A DNA stretch of 64,000 bases from Lentisphaeria bacterium (GCA_041651315.1 JBAZJM010000004.1:1223-65222), one strand, 5' to 3'. Shown: positions 54,733 through 64,000, counted from the stretch's first letter. Numbers and translations: made by a program. The notes: a model not told the origin generated them from the sequence alone.

Positions 54733-57357
54733 TTAAAATTCCAGCCGCACGCGGGCATGGCCACGGCGGAGGACGACGCGGACGGTTTCGGCGGCCGGGT
54801 CATAGGTGCCGCCGGTGACTTTGGCCGGCTTTAAATGATGGGGATGCGGCAGGCGGATGAGCACGGTTTTCAAGCCGCGGGTGGCGGCGGTGGGACAGCT
54901 GATTTCCGCCTCGATCCGGCCGGCGCCGTGGCCGGAGGTGACCCGGAGGCTGAACGGACCGAAGTAGCTGGCGGCATCGGTGACGGCGATGGTTTTGCCG
55001 TCCTCAAGCCAGCACCGGGGAATGCCCGGCAGCAGTTTCAATGTGGCGCCCTCTTCCAAATACAGCATCCACCGGGTCTGCATCAGGAACCAGCCTTCCT
55101 CATGCGTCTTGTGGACGCTGACATGGTAGAAGTGTTCCCAGAAGGTGTAGGTCTGGCGGTCGGCCAGCCCGGACACCGTGTTGTAATAGGCCTTCAGGAA
55201 CGGTTTTACTTCGTTCCGTTTCAAGTGGAGGTAAGGATGGGGGCTGTAGTAGGGCTGGGAGAAGGCGGCGTTGCGGGTGCACATCAGGTCGGACTGGAAC
55301 TGCATCAGGAATTCCGCCGCGGGCTCCCTGGGATCAAGCACCTCCTGCAAGACCAGATACAACGGGCCGATGATGGCATCGCGGGCGGTAAAGGTGCCGT
55401 GGGAATACCATTTGCCGCCTTCCGCCATCAGGCACATCGGCCCCTGATATTCGACCCACGGCGCAGCGGTGGGAATCCAGGAACCGTCGCCCAACGGCAC
55501 GACGGGGCCGGCGGCCTGGGCCGCCAGGAACGCCGTCCGGATGTCCGCCAGCAGCGCCTGCGCCTCGGCCTGGATGCGTTTGGCCTGTTTGGGGTTGACG
55601 CCGGCCAGCATCTCCGCCACCCGCTTCATGCCGAGGTAGGAATAGCCGTTCAGCATGAAGATGTGGTAGGGATCCTCGGGATCGGCCACTTTGCCGTCCA
55701 TCAGGCCGTACCCCTTGCCGCGCAAATCGTCCCGCAGATTGCGTTCCCGCCAGGCGATCAGGTAATCGCAGGCCTTGATGAGATTCGGCGCCACGCGCCT
55801 AAGCCAACGGTCGTCACGGGTGTAGCGGTAGTGTTCGCCCATGGACCACAGCGCCGCGCCGGTCTCCAGCATGTAATTGTTGAAGTTCTGGATGAAGCCG
55901 TCCGCATGCTGCTTATCAAGGAAAAACTGCAGGCAACGCTCCGCCAGCGCATGCCGCCCCATGGAATCGGTGAACTGGATGATCGGCGAGCTTTCCGAAC
56001 CGATGGGGCTGTAGACGCCGATGGTGGGGGCCACGGTGCCCGCGGGTTCCCGGCCGTACATGACCAGGTCCAGGTGGAGCAGGCCGGCCTTGACCATCTC
56101 ATTGAGCCGTGGTTCCGGCAGGTCATAACGGGTGCCGGCCGCCAGTTTGGCCGTCCAAAACGCCTTGCATTCCGCCTGGCGCCGGTCGAAATCCTGGGCG
56201 GCCAGCTTGAGCGCCCGCTCGCGGCTGATCGGGGAGTGGGGCACGAAAAATTCCAACTCGGCCGTTTCACCGGGCTGCAGCAACACGGCCACTTCTTCCT
56301 GGGGCAGCGGCCGCCCATTCAGGCGCGACACGCAGAACACCCGGCCGCTGTTGTAACTGCTTAACCCCGTGGCCGCATCGTAATCGTATTTGGGCCTGAC
56401 CCACTGGTTGAAGGTCAGGGTTTGAAAAAAGGCGTAGCGGGGAACGTTCCCGGTGTTGCCGGCCCGGGCGCGGAAGTACAGCACCACTTCTTCGCCCGTG
56501 TGTTCCTCGGTCTTGAGCTTTTCCGCAAACGCTGCCTGCTGTTCCGGGGTGAACATGAAACCGCAGAGCCGGCCGTCGGCGCACAAGTAGTCGGTGCCCC
56601 GGACCGTGGCGGCGGTGAGCGGTTGTTTCTCCAGGGACGCGAAGGCGGTGCAGTCGTAACGGATGTCATCATCCGTGATCAACGCATGAAGAATGGGCAG
56701 CACGCCGTCGTCGAGCCGGCGGCTGACCGTGTTGGCGCAGCCGACGCCCCGGCCGAGAACAAACCGGAAATCCAACGGTTTGTTCTCCAGTTCTTCAGGG
56801 GTGGTGCCGCCGGGGCGCCACAGTGGCTTGAGAGTGTTTTCCGGCACCCCCTCACGCGGGAAGTTGATCTCGAACAGGCGGCTGTCCCGGCTGATCCCCA
56901 GCCAGGTCGGCACCCACATCTCGCGGGTGTGCCGGGCGGCCGCCTCGAACGATTCCTCCGCCTCGCCCTCCAGCGTCTGCAGCACCGTCCGCAGGTGGCG
57001 GCGGCGGATGGCGGCGGCGATCTCCGCATAGCTCCGCGGATCGTCCGCCGTGGTCACCGCCACCCCGTAGGCCGGAATAAAAATCGGCTGTTCCCGGGTG
57101 ACGTCCCGGAGGAAAAAGGTAAACGGATTGGCGCCCGTCTGGAGGCTGACCGTGGTGGCAAACGCCCCCGCCGCCAGCTGCACCTGGTCAACCGTCACTT
57201 CCAGGCGAATCGGGCCGCTGCCGGCACCGGCGAAGGCGGCGCCGGTGACAGTGCCCCGACCCTGCAGCAGTTTGGCCCCACGAAACCGCCCATGCCGGAC
57301 GGCAATGCCGCCTTTGACCGGTCCCTGGTCCCACGCAATCGTTACCTTGGTTGTCAT
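54733..57357 (-). CDS. Putative (alpha/alpha)6 six-hairpin glycosidase-like protein
   Basis: Central region LETGAALWSMGEHYRYTRDDRWL...ACDYLIAWR and C-terminal LKLLPGIPRCWLEDGK, resembling GH95/GH78-type barrels. GGAGA lies 7 nt before ATG 57357. No signal peptide. Confidence 0.45.
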   Translation of the reverse strand: MTTKVTIAWDQGPVKGGIAVRHGRFRGAKLLQGRGTVTGAAFAGAGSGPIRLEVTVDQVQLAAGAFATTVSLQTGANPFTFFLRDVTREQPIFIPAYGVAVTTADDPRSYAEIAAAIRRRHLRTVLQTLEGEAEESFEAAARHTREMWVPTWLGISRDSRLFEINFPREGVPENTLKPLWRPGGTTPEELENKPLDFRFVLGRGVGCANTVSRRLDDGVLPILHALITDDDIRYDCTAFASLEKQPLTAATVRGTDYLCADGRLCGFMFTPEQQAAFAEKLKTEEHTGEEVVLYFRARAGNTGNVPRYAFFQTLTFNQWVRPKYDYDAATGLSSYNSGRVFCVSRLNGRPLPQEEVAVLLQPGETAELEFFVPHSPISRERALKLAAQDFDRRQAECKAFWTAKLAAGTRYDLPEPRLNEMVKAGLLHLDLVMYGREPAGTVAPTIGVYSPIGSESSPIIQFTDSMGRHALAERCLQFFLDKQHADGFIQNFNNYMLETGAALWSMGEHYRYTRDDRWLRRVAPNLIKACDYLIAWRERNLRDDLRGKGYGLMDGKVADPEDPYHIFMLNGYSYLGMKRVAEMLAGVNPKQAKRIQAEAQALLADIRTAFLAAQAAGPVVPLGDGSWIPTAAPWVEYQGPMCLMAEGGKWYSHGTFTARDAIIGPLYLVLQEVLDPREPAAEFLMQFQSDLMCTRNAAFSQPYYSPHPYLHLKRNEVKPFLKAYYNTVSGLADRQTYTFWEHFYHVSVHKTHEEGWFLMQTRWMLYLEEGATLKLLPGIPRCWLEDGKTIAVTDAASYFGPFSLRVTSGHGAGRIEAEISCPTAATRGLKTVLIRLPHPHHLKPAKVTGGTYDPAAETVRVVLRRGHARVRLEF

Positions 57358-57506
57358 CCGGCTGTCTCCTGTCGGCATTCCGGCCTGCCGGTTTGGCCTC
57401 CGATGGCCGGCCGGTGGCGGGCGGAAATGATGTCGTTACCGCAGTCTAGCGTCATTTGGGCCGTCCGCCCATGGAGGTTTTTGTATAAAAGATGTATGTT
57501 ATGGCA

Positions 57507-58380
57507 AATGAAAACCCCGTGGCGCATCGGTCATTTGTTTGAGGGCGCGGCGTTTGCCGGGGTGGCGCCGCGGGTGGTGGCCGCGGTGGCCACGGCCCGA
57601 ACCGCCTGGGGGGTGAGCCAGGGCAACCGGCATGCCTTCTGGGTGCTCGACTATTCGGTGGATGACTGCGGCCTCTGCCGGGTGCAGGGGGCCGGCCCAA
57701 CCTGGTTTACCCGGGAACCGGGGATCGCCCATCTCTACGCGCCGGGCACCCGCTATTGGGAGGACAGCCGCCGGGTTGCCGGCTGTTTTGAGAGCCGGTA
57801 TGTCATCTTTGCCGGCGGCCAGCTGGCGGGGCTGAATGAGTTTGTACAAAACAGCAAGGGTTTTGGCCGTTTTCAGGATCCCGCCGGGGGGTTGGGCGAA
57901 CAGTTGCGGCGCCTGGCCCTGGCCGCCCAGGACGGGGACGGGGCCTTTTGGCGCGTGCAGGGGCTGCTCGCCGACCTGTTCGTCCTGCTGCGACAACCGT
58001 CACGCCCGGCGGCGGGCAGTGATTTTGTCCACATTCTTGCCGGGGCGGCGCCCGGTGTGGCCACGGGGCTGGCGGAGCGGTTGACCCAGTGGCTGGCCGG
58101 CCATTATTCAGAGCCGTTCTCCCTGGCGGCCCTGGCCCGTCGCCTGAACGTGAGCCCCTCCACGCTCACCCACAAATACAAGCAGCTCACCGGGGAAAGC
58201 CCGTTGCAGGCCCTGATTGCCATCCGGGTCAACCATGCCAAGGAAATGCTGCTGCGCGGCCGCAGCCTGAAAGAGATCGCCGCCGAGACCGGCTTCTATG
58301 ACCCGTTCCACCTGTCCAAGGTGTTCAAAAAGAAAACCGGTCTGACCCCGCGAGAATACTTGAAACGGCACCGTGCCTGA
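57507..58380 (+). CDS. AraC-family transcriptional regulator, paralogue of 38875..39753
   Basis: It aligns along its full length with the 38875 protein, including HLYAPGTRYWEDSR, FESRYVIFAGGQLAGLNEFVQNS and the C-terminal HTH. The ORF track merges it into a longer ORF, 56422..58380. Confidence 0.85.
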
Positions 58381-58396
58381 GGACAAGAGGCGCCTC

Positions 58397-58530
58397 AACG
58401 GACAGAACGGAAAACATGGCAGCGGCGCCGTGTCCGTTCTGTCCGTTCTGTCCGTTCTGTCCGTTCTGTCCGTTCTGTCCGTTCTGTCCGTTCTGTCCGT
58501 TCTATCCGTTTAGTCCGTTCCAGTCCGTGG
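58397..58530. repeat. Asymmetric palindrome: a short left arm (2 units), a loop, then 8 perfect plus 3 degenerate copies of the 9-mer GTCCGTTCT
   Basis: Read directly. The perfect copies span 58432-58503. The degenerate tail (58504-58530) supplies the last codons and the stop codon of the gene at 58510..59760. Confidence 0.9.
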
Positions 58531-59760
58531 CGCCCCCGGCACCGGCGCCAGCTGGCGCTGCACCGGCACGCCACGGACCAGAATGGCCTTGCCGGCGCGC
58601 ACGGCAGGGCACTGGTTCTGGCAGGCGCCGCAGCCGCGGCAACGCTCCGTGCGCACGACCGGGCGCGGTAGGCCCTTGGCGTCATGGTCGATGCCGATGG
58701 CGCGGTAGGGGCAGAATTCCTGGCAGACCATGCAGTGCTGGTCGTCAGCCCAGGCCAGGCAGGCGCTGCGGATAACCTCGGCGACCCCGATCTGGGTTTG
58801 GTGCTTGACCGCCTGCGTCAGCGGCCGGATGGCCCCGGCGGGACAGGCCTGGGTGCAGCGGTTGCAATATTCGTCACAGGTGGCGGCATCGGTGTCGAGA
58901 ACGGGCGTGAACCAGACGGCCATCGGCGTTCCCGCTTGCGGCCGGCCCGGGCGCAGGACTTGGGTTGGACAGACATGCACACAGGCATAGCAACGGGTGC
59001 AAAGGGCGGCAAACCGCGTGGGCGAATCGGCGCCCGGCGGCAGGACGGGCAGGGCCGCCGCCGGCCGGCCGGCGGCGGCTCCCAACCACTTGCCCAGGCC
59101 GCGCCGGGCCAGCAACGCCAAGGGCAACCCGATGGCGGCGCCGATCAGCAGATCGCGCCGGGTCTGGTTCAGGGTGGCGCGGGCCGTCTTGGACCGGGTC
59201 AGGAGCTGGGCGCGCTCGAGCAGATAACCCAAAGGGCAGAGTTTGGTACACCACAGCATGGGCTGGAAGATGCCCAGCAGCAGGACAGCGGGCAGGATCA
59301 GGCCGGGAATCCAGGCGATGCCGTCACGCCAGGCCGTGATGTTGACGGTCAGGCGGCTGAACTGGGCCAGGGGATCCAGGCCGGTGGCCAGCGGCAGGCC
59401 GACCACGCCACCGGCCAGGGCCGCCCAAAACAGGACGCCGTTGAGCCGGAACGGCCACACCGTTTTGCGGAGTCCGCAGGCGGTGACGCCAGCCACCAAG
59501 GTGCCGGTGGGACAGAGCCAGCGGCAGAACCAGCGGCCGCGCCAGATGGCCAGGGCCAACATCAGCACAGGCGGCCCCAGCCAGAACAGCGGCGCGTACC
59601 AGCTCCGGGCGGCCACCCCGTGGGCCAGGGCCACCAGCGGGCTCAAGGCGGGAAAAATCCGCCCGGCCCACACCGGCAACGGTCCGCCGAGAGCCAGTCC
59701 GGTGGCCAGAGCCAAGACCAGCAGGCGGACGCTCCAATTGAGGATGGCTTGTTTTTTCAT
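58510..59760 (-). CDS. Membrane-bound polyferredoxin (NapH/MauN-like 4Fe-4S protein)
   Basis: TM segments with CRWLCP and CTKLCP motifs, then four CxxCxxCxxxCP clusters (CTRCYACVHVCP, CNRCTQACP, CMVCQEFCP, CRGCGACQNQCP). The start is taken at MKKQAIL (59760). Confidence 0.8.
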   Translation of the reverse strand: MKKQAILNWSVRLLVLALATGLALGGPLPVWAGRIFPALSPLVALAHGVAARSWYAPLFWLGPPVLMLALAIWRGRWFCRWLCPTGTLVAGVTACGLRKTVWPFRLNGVLFWAALAGGVVGLPLATGLDPLAQFSRLTVNITAWRDGIAWIPGLILPAVLLLGIFQPMLWCTKLCPLGYLLERAQLLTRSKTARATLNQTRRDLLIGAAIGLPLALLARRGLGKWLGAAAGRPAAALPVLPPGADSPTRFAALCTRCYACVHVCPTQVLRPGRPQAGTPMAVWFTPVLDTDAATCDEYCNRCTQACPAGAIRPLTQAVKHQTQIGVAEVIRSACLAWADDQHCMVCQEFCPYRAIGIDHDAKGLPRPVVRTERCRGCGACQNQCPAVRAGKAILVRGVPVQRQLAPVPGAPRTGTD

Positions 59761-59838
59761 GGGAAACTGCCGACTGTTGAATTTTGAAGCCATTCGACAT
59801 TCAAAATTCAGGGTTCAAGATTCAACCTTGGCCTTGTT

Positions 59839-60798
59839 TTATGCTTCCACCGCGTGGATCTTCATGCGGGCCAAATCAACCACGCCCAGCCCCTGCTCCC
59901 CGGCCAGTTTCAGGTAGCCCACCTTGAGCGGGGAATCGTGGAACAGGGTGGCGGCATAGGCGTCGGCGGCGACCTGGTCGCGGGAGAGGATCAGCAGGTT
60001 GGGGGTCCTGACTTCGTCGGCCGGCCCCTGGGGGCCGGAATCCATCATGCAGCGCGTGGCGTCGACCAAGGTCCAGGTGGGCTTTAAAAAACCGCTGAAG
60101 TCGGCGATGCACTGGTGCAGGTCGTTGCGGTGCCAGAACCCGCGGTCCTTGACCGCGCCCATCCAGTTTTTCATGGCCATGGACAGGGTGGCGCCACCGT
60201 GGTGTTTGGCCACCGGGATGTTGACCACCGCGTCGGCTTCCAGGAAGTCCTTGGCCACCATGGCGTGCTGCAGCTGCTTGGCCTGGGGCAGCGACTGTTC
60301 AGTGTAGGCCTTTTTCGCCGCCGGCAGGCTGTAGAGGTCGGCGTGGTTTTTGCGGGCCGCCGCCAGCAGGCCGCTGCGGGTGAACGCCTCCTCCGCACGG
60401 GCGCAGGGGTTCTCGGGAAGCACCAGCTCCCGGACACCCGCCGCGCGGGCGCCGGCCAGGAAGGCGTCCAGCAATTCGGGATTGGTGTTGGCGCCGGTTT
60501 CGGGGGTACGCGCCCAGCCGGCATTGACCTTGACGGCCATCTTCCTCACATTGCGGCCGAAGCCGCCGTTGGCGTCGATGGTCGCCAGCGCCCGGGCCAT
60601 CAGCTTCCGGCGATGGGTGCCGTGGAACACCCAGACGTCCACCTGCGGGCCGCTGCTGCCGGCCGCTTTGGCGGCGCTCCCCGGCCCGGCGGCCCAACCG
60701 CTCCGCGACAGGCCCGGCAACGTCAACAGGGCCCCACCGCCCAACAGGGCCCGGCGCAGAAATTCGCGGCGGCTGATGCCGTTGTCGGATGGCTTCAT
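59839..60798 (-). CDS. Tat-signal DUF362-domain protein
   Basis: Twin-arginine motif ISRREFLRRALLGGGALL and the DUF362-like core VNIPVAKHHGGATLSMAMKNWMG. The start is taken at ATG 60798. Confidence 0.7.
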   Translation of the reverse strand: MKPSDNGISRREFLRRALLGGGALLTLPGLSRSGWAAGPGSAAKAAGSSGPQVDVWVFHGTHRRKLMARALATIDANGGFGRNVRKMAVKVNAGWARTPETGANTNPELLDAFLAGARAAGVRELVLPENPCARAEEAFTRSGLLAAARKNHADLYSLPAAKKAYTEQSLPQAKQLQHAMVAKDFLEADAVVNIPVAKHHGGATLSMAMKNWMGAVKDRGFWHRNDLHQCIADFSGFLKPTWTLVDATRCMMDSGPQGPADEVRTPNLLILSRDQVAADAYAATLFHDSPLKVGYLKLAGEQGLGVVDLARMKIHAVEA

Positions 60799-60936
60799 GG
60801 ATGCCGTTCCTGGTTGTCGAGGCACGTCAATAAATGAGGGTGACCACCGCCAGCGCACGTCCTCAGGAGGTAGAGACGAGGATTGCACCCCACGCCCCCA
60901 CGCCGCTCACTATAACGGGCGGCGCGCCCATAGCCA

Positions 60937-61725
60937 TCAAGTTCCACTGGCTTTGCAACCGGCCTGGCGGCGGAAGGCGGCGGGGCCGAGGCCGCGCAGC
61001 CGTTTGAACACGTGGGTGAAGTGATAGCGGTCATGGAAGCCGGCACGCCGGGCGATTTCCTCAATCTTCAGGCCGCTGTAATGCAGGTCGACGCAGGCCT
61101 GCTCCAAGCGCTTGCGGAGGTGGAACGCCTGCGGCGTCAGGCCGGTGCGGGCCCGGAACAGGCGGATGAAGGCGTTGGTGCTCAGCCCCGCCACCCGGGC
61201 CAGTTCCGGGTTGGACCGCATCCGCCCCGGCCGGCTCTGCAGGAACTCCACCACCCGCAAGATCCGCGGATCTTCCAGGGAGGGTTGCAGGTCGGCCTCC
61301 GGAATCTGCGCCAGGGCGGCATGCACCAGGGCCAGCGCCAGCAGCGAGCGTTCCCGCCAGGCCTCCGGGCTTTGCCGGATGGCCGCCAAACGCTGGACCT
61401 GGCGCAGCCCCCAGCCGTCGGCGGGGATGGTGTGGACGGACGGCCGGGTGGCCTCGTAGGGCGGCGCCGCCCGGAAATGGATGTACACGTGTTCCGGCGT
61501 TCCCGCAACCCGGCCGGCGAACGGCGTTTCCGGCGGGATCAGCACGAAGCGGTCCGCTTCCAGCGCGGTGGTCACGCCGCCCAGGGTCACCCGGGCGCCT
61601 GGCTGGGAGTTCCAGTACAGCCGCCAGTAGGGGGCGGCGTAGTTGGCGACGTTCCAGCGGGCGTCCAGCCGGGTCCGGTCACAGATCAGCAACTGGATGC
61701 CGGGGTTGAAAAACGCATTTTCCAT
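60937..61725 (-). CDS. AraC-family regulator with an N-terminal cupin-like domain
   Basis: C-terminal HTH pair (NAFIRLFRARTGLTPQAF...IARRAGFHDRYHFTHVFKR). It is divergent from the fucosidase gene. The start is taken at MENAFF (61725). Confidence 0.8.
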   Translation of the reverse strand: MENAFFNPGIQLLICDRTRLDARWNVANYAAPYWRLYWNSQPGARVTLGGVTTALEADRFVLIPPETPFAGRVAGTPEHVYIHFRAAPPYEATRPSVHTIPADGWGLRQVQRLAAIRQSPEAWRERSLLALALVHAALAQIPEADLQPSLEDPRILRVVEFLQSRPGRMRSNPELARVAGLSTNAFIRLFRARTGLTPQAFHLRKRLEQACVDLHYSGLKIEEIARRAGFHDRYHFTHVFKRLRGLGPAAFRRQAGCKASGT

Positions 61726-61963
61726 GATGTTGGGATGAGCCGTTGTTTTCTGGCCATCCCCCCGCTCATTCACCCACAAACAACGATAAAACCGTCAATT
61801 CATCCCGGCGGAGAAACCGGCCCCATTTTCCTCTTAGCATAGCAGGTTGGTTTATTTTTGCACAATTTCGGTGTTCCATGACATTTTCCCGGCCGCGGCA
61901 GCGGCTATACTGGAAGACATCACGGCGGATGATTCGGGCATTCAACAACGGAGGTTCGGCATC

Positions 61964-63262
61964 ATGGATCACCAAACGGCCAAAGGCGATTCGTCCTGGT
62001 TCACCCACGACCGGTTCGGCATGTTCATCCACTGGGGGCTCTACTCCCAGGGAGCGCGCCACGAATGGCTGATGCACAACGAGAAGATCACGGTCGAGGA
62101 ATACGAGCGGAAATACTTCAAGCACTTCGACCCGGATCTCTACGACCCGGAACGATGGGCCGCCGCCGCCGCCGCCGCCGGCATGAAGTACTTCGTCATC
62201 ACCACCAAGCACCATGAAGGCTTCTGCCTGTGGGACAGCAAGCTGACCGACTACAAGGCGCCCAACACCCCCGCCGGCCGCGACCTGCTGCGGCCGATGG
62301 TGGACGCCTTCCGCGGCCGCGGCCTGCGGACCGGCCTCTACCACTCCCTGATCGACTGGCATCACCCGGACTTCGTCCTGGACCCGCATATCGGCCCGTA
62401 CCGCGAACACCCCGACCGCCTCAAGCTCAACGCGGGGCGCAACCAGCAGCGCTACGCCGACTATTTGCACGGCCAGGTGCGCGAACTGCTCACCCAGTTC
62501 GGCAAAATCGACGTCATGTGGTTCGACTTCAGCTATCCCAAACCCGACGGCTCCGGCAAGAGCCACCTGGACTGGCGTTCCGACGAGCTGCTGAAAATGA
62601 TCCGCGACCTGCAGCCGCAGGTGCTGCTGGACGACCGCCTCGACCTGCCCTACGGCTGGGACATCAAGACCCCGGAACAGATCCAGCCGCGTTCCTGGTT
62701 CACCCATGAGGGGCAGCGCGTGGTCTGGGAAGCCTGCCAGACCTTCTCCGGCTCCTGGGGCTACCATCGTGACGAAGCCTCCTGGCGCGACACCGACGAG
62801 CTGATCCGCACCCTGATCGACAGCGTCAGCAAGGGTGGCAACCTGCTGCTCAATGTCGGGCCCACCGGCCGCGGCGAGTTTGACGCCCGCGCCCTGAGCC
62901 GCCTCCAGGGCATTGGCGACTGGATGCGCCGCCACAGCCGCGCCATCTACGGCTGCACCCAGGCGCCGGACGAGTTCAAGAAGCCGGAGAACGCCCTGTT
63001 GACCTACAACCCGGAGAAGAAACGGCTGTACGTCCACCTCCTGGCCTGGCCGTACAAGCAGTTCTTCCTCGACGGCAAGGCCTACCAGCAGCGCGTCGAG
63101 TACGCCCAACTGCTCAACGACGCCTCCGAAGTCGGCCTCAACAAGCACGAGGAATGGCAGGCCGGCTGGCTGCAAGGGGCCGAAAACGCCCTCTGCCTGA
63201 ACCTGCCGCAGACCAAGCCCGACGTCGCCGTGCCCGTGATCGAGCTGTTCCTGAAGGACTGA
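61964..63262 (+). CDS. Alpha-L-fucosidase, GH29
   Basis: FGMFIHWGLYS and KYFVITTKHHEGFCLWDS motifs. GGAGG lies 9 nt before ATG 61964. Confidence 0.85.
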   Translation: MDHQTAKGDSSWFTHDRFGMFIHWGLYSQGARHEWLMHNEKITVEEYERKYFKHFDPDLYDPERWAAAAAAAGMKYFVITTKHHEGFCLWDSKLTDYKAPNTPAGRDLLRPMVDAFRGRGLRTGLYHSLIDWHHPDFVLDPHIGPYREHPDRLKLNAGRNQQRYADYLHGQVRELLTQFGKIDVMWFDFSYPKPDGSGKSHLDWRSDELLKMIRDLQPQVLLDDRLDLPYGWDIKTPEQIQPRSWFTHEGQRVVWEACQTFSGSWGYHRDEASWRDTDELIRTLIDSVSKGGNLLLNVGPTGRGEFDARALSRLQGIGDWMRRHSRAIYGCTQAPDEFKKPENALLTYNPEKKRLYVHLLAWPYKQFFLDGKAYQQRVEYAQLLNDASEVGLNKHEEWQAGWLQGAENALCLNLPQTKPDVAVPVIELFLKD

Positions 63263-63378
63263 GTGCGGAGTCCGCACGGACGGACACGGACCCACACGGA
63301 CGGACACGGACCCGCCATGCAGAGGGGGGCAACACCCTGTCCGTGGCGGTCCGTGAAAGTCCGTGTGCGTCCGTGTCT
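63263..63378. repeat. Palindrome with arms of 10-nt tandem repeats (CACGGAC family), sister of 43001-43096
   Basis: The left arm has 4-5 x (NNCACGGACN), the loop is gccatgcagaggggggcaacaccct, and the right arm is gtccgtggcg gtccgtgaaa gtccgtgtgc gtccgtgtct. Confidence 0.85.
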
Positions 63379-63568
63379 CCGGTACCTGCTACTACTCCAA
63401 ACAACTTGCCCCATTACGGCAGTGGCAGCGCAGTGGCGGAGAAACAAACCGCCGCCCCGGCAGCCGCTGGCAACGGCCGCCGCTTGTCAAAATTGTTTTA
63501 TCAATATAGAGTGCCCCTATCATGAGTATCGTAAAATTGCCCGCGTCCCACGTGAAATGGGGTGACTT

Positions 63569-64000
63569 ATGAAACGACAAGCCCAGACCAGCCCATCCGG
63601 TTTTCGAGCCGCCCTGCTGTTGACGGTGACGGCACTGTTCGCAGGCCTACCGGGGCGCGCCGTGGTCATCGAGAATGTCGGCGTCTGGCAAGTTTCTTGG
63701 ATGCAGACCACGGACAGCACCAGTTACAGCAAAAACTTTACCGCGGCGGAACAGACCGCCATCAAAAACAGCCTGCTCACCTGGGACAACCTGATCGGCG
63801 ACACGCCGGTCCGCCAAGTGCAGCTACAACTGGGCTGGAGCGCGCTCGGGGCCGGGGTGCTCGGACAATCCTCCAACCCCCTTTTGGGCAATTACACCAC
63901 CGCCTATACCTTCACCGAGTTGACGTGGCGTGAAGCCTATTCTTTTTCCCCGTCATCGTACGGTTACAATTCGGACGCCGCAATCACCTTCGGCACCGGG
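63569..64000 (+). CDS. Secreted protein of unknown function, 3'-partial at the window edge
   Basis: Hand translation from ATG 63569 gives MKRQAQTSPSGFRAALLLTVTALFAGLPGRAVVIENVG... The frame stays open for 144 codons to the window end and has a signal-peptide-like N-terminus. Confidence 0.5.
   Translation, partial: MKRQAQTSPSGFRAALLLTVTALFAGLPGRAVVIENVGVWQVSWMQTTDSTSYSKNFTAAEQTAIKNSLLTWDNLIGDTPVRQVQLQLGWSALGAGVLGQSSNPLLGNYTTAYTFTELTWREAYSFSPSSYGYNSDAAITFGTG

Noticed and set aside
58395-58775. ORFs encoding (ERT)n and (CPF)n repeat peptides
   Set aside because: They are simply translations of the 9-nt tandem repeat GTCCGTTCT on the two strands. They have no start context and overlap the real polyferredoxin gene.
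59811-59826. A T-arm-like gggttcaagattcaacc considered as part of a tRNA
   Set aside because: The flanking sequence gives no acceptor, D or anticodon stems. No tRNA or rRNA signature was found anywhere in the window.

Overview
This is a high-GC bacterial chromosomal segment. Most of it is clearly above 60% G+C by eye, with lower-GC patches. The gene content looks like the PVC superphylum (Kiritimatiellota, Lentisphaerota or Verrucomicrobiota type): PEP-CTERM anchors, prepilin/DUF1559-type pseudopilins and many glycoside-hydrolase-like genes. That lineage call is inference only. Housekeeping genes (rex, tolB-like, xseA/xseB, a PAS sensor kinase, lplA-like, alaA, amtB-glnK, ettA, zwf, leuA, serC) are interleaved with accessory glycan-utilisation loci at about 19.7-41.3 kb and 51.4-63.3 kb. 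I recognised no rRNA, tRNA or CRISPR array. The main candidate for an undescribed system is a recurring module: a sugar-sensing transcription factor (LacI-type ligand domain), a pseudopilin-like protein, a PEP-CTERM-anchored CBM-like protein, glycosidases and an MFS transporter. In locus A the regulator and the pseudopilin are fused in one reading frame (28607..30415), and the prepilin-peptidase Gly(-1) is replaced by Arg. In locus B they are adjacent separate genes (31054..32280 and 32302..32955). Perfect palindromic operator-like sites sit in sigma70-like promoters upstream of both regulators. One promoter/operator/first-10-codon module is duplicated 8.8 kb away, in front of a SemiSWEET-like gene. 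The intergenic DNA is also unusual. There is a 290-365 bp MITE-like nested palindrome in two copies, and several families of hairpins whose arms are short tandem repeats of 7, 9, 10 or 14 nt. A Leu-rich leader ORF with alternative pairings lies upstream of leuA. The many long ORFs antisense to recognisable genes are treated as high-GC shadow ORFs.
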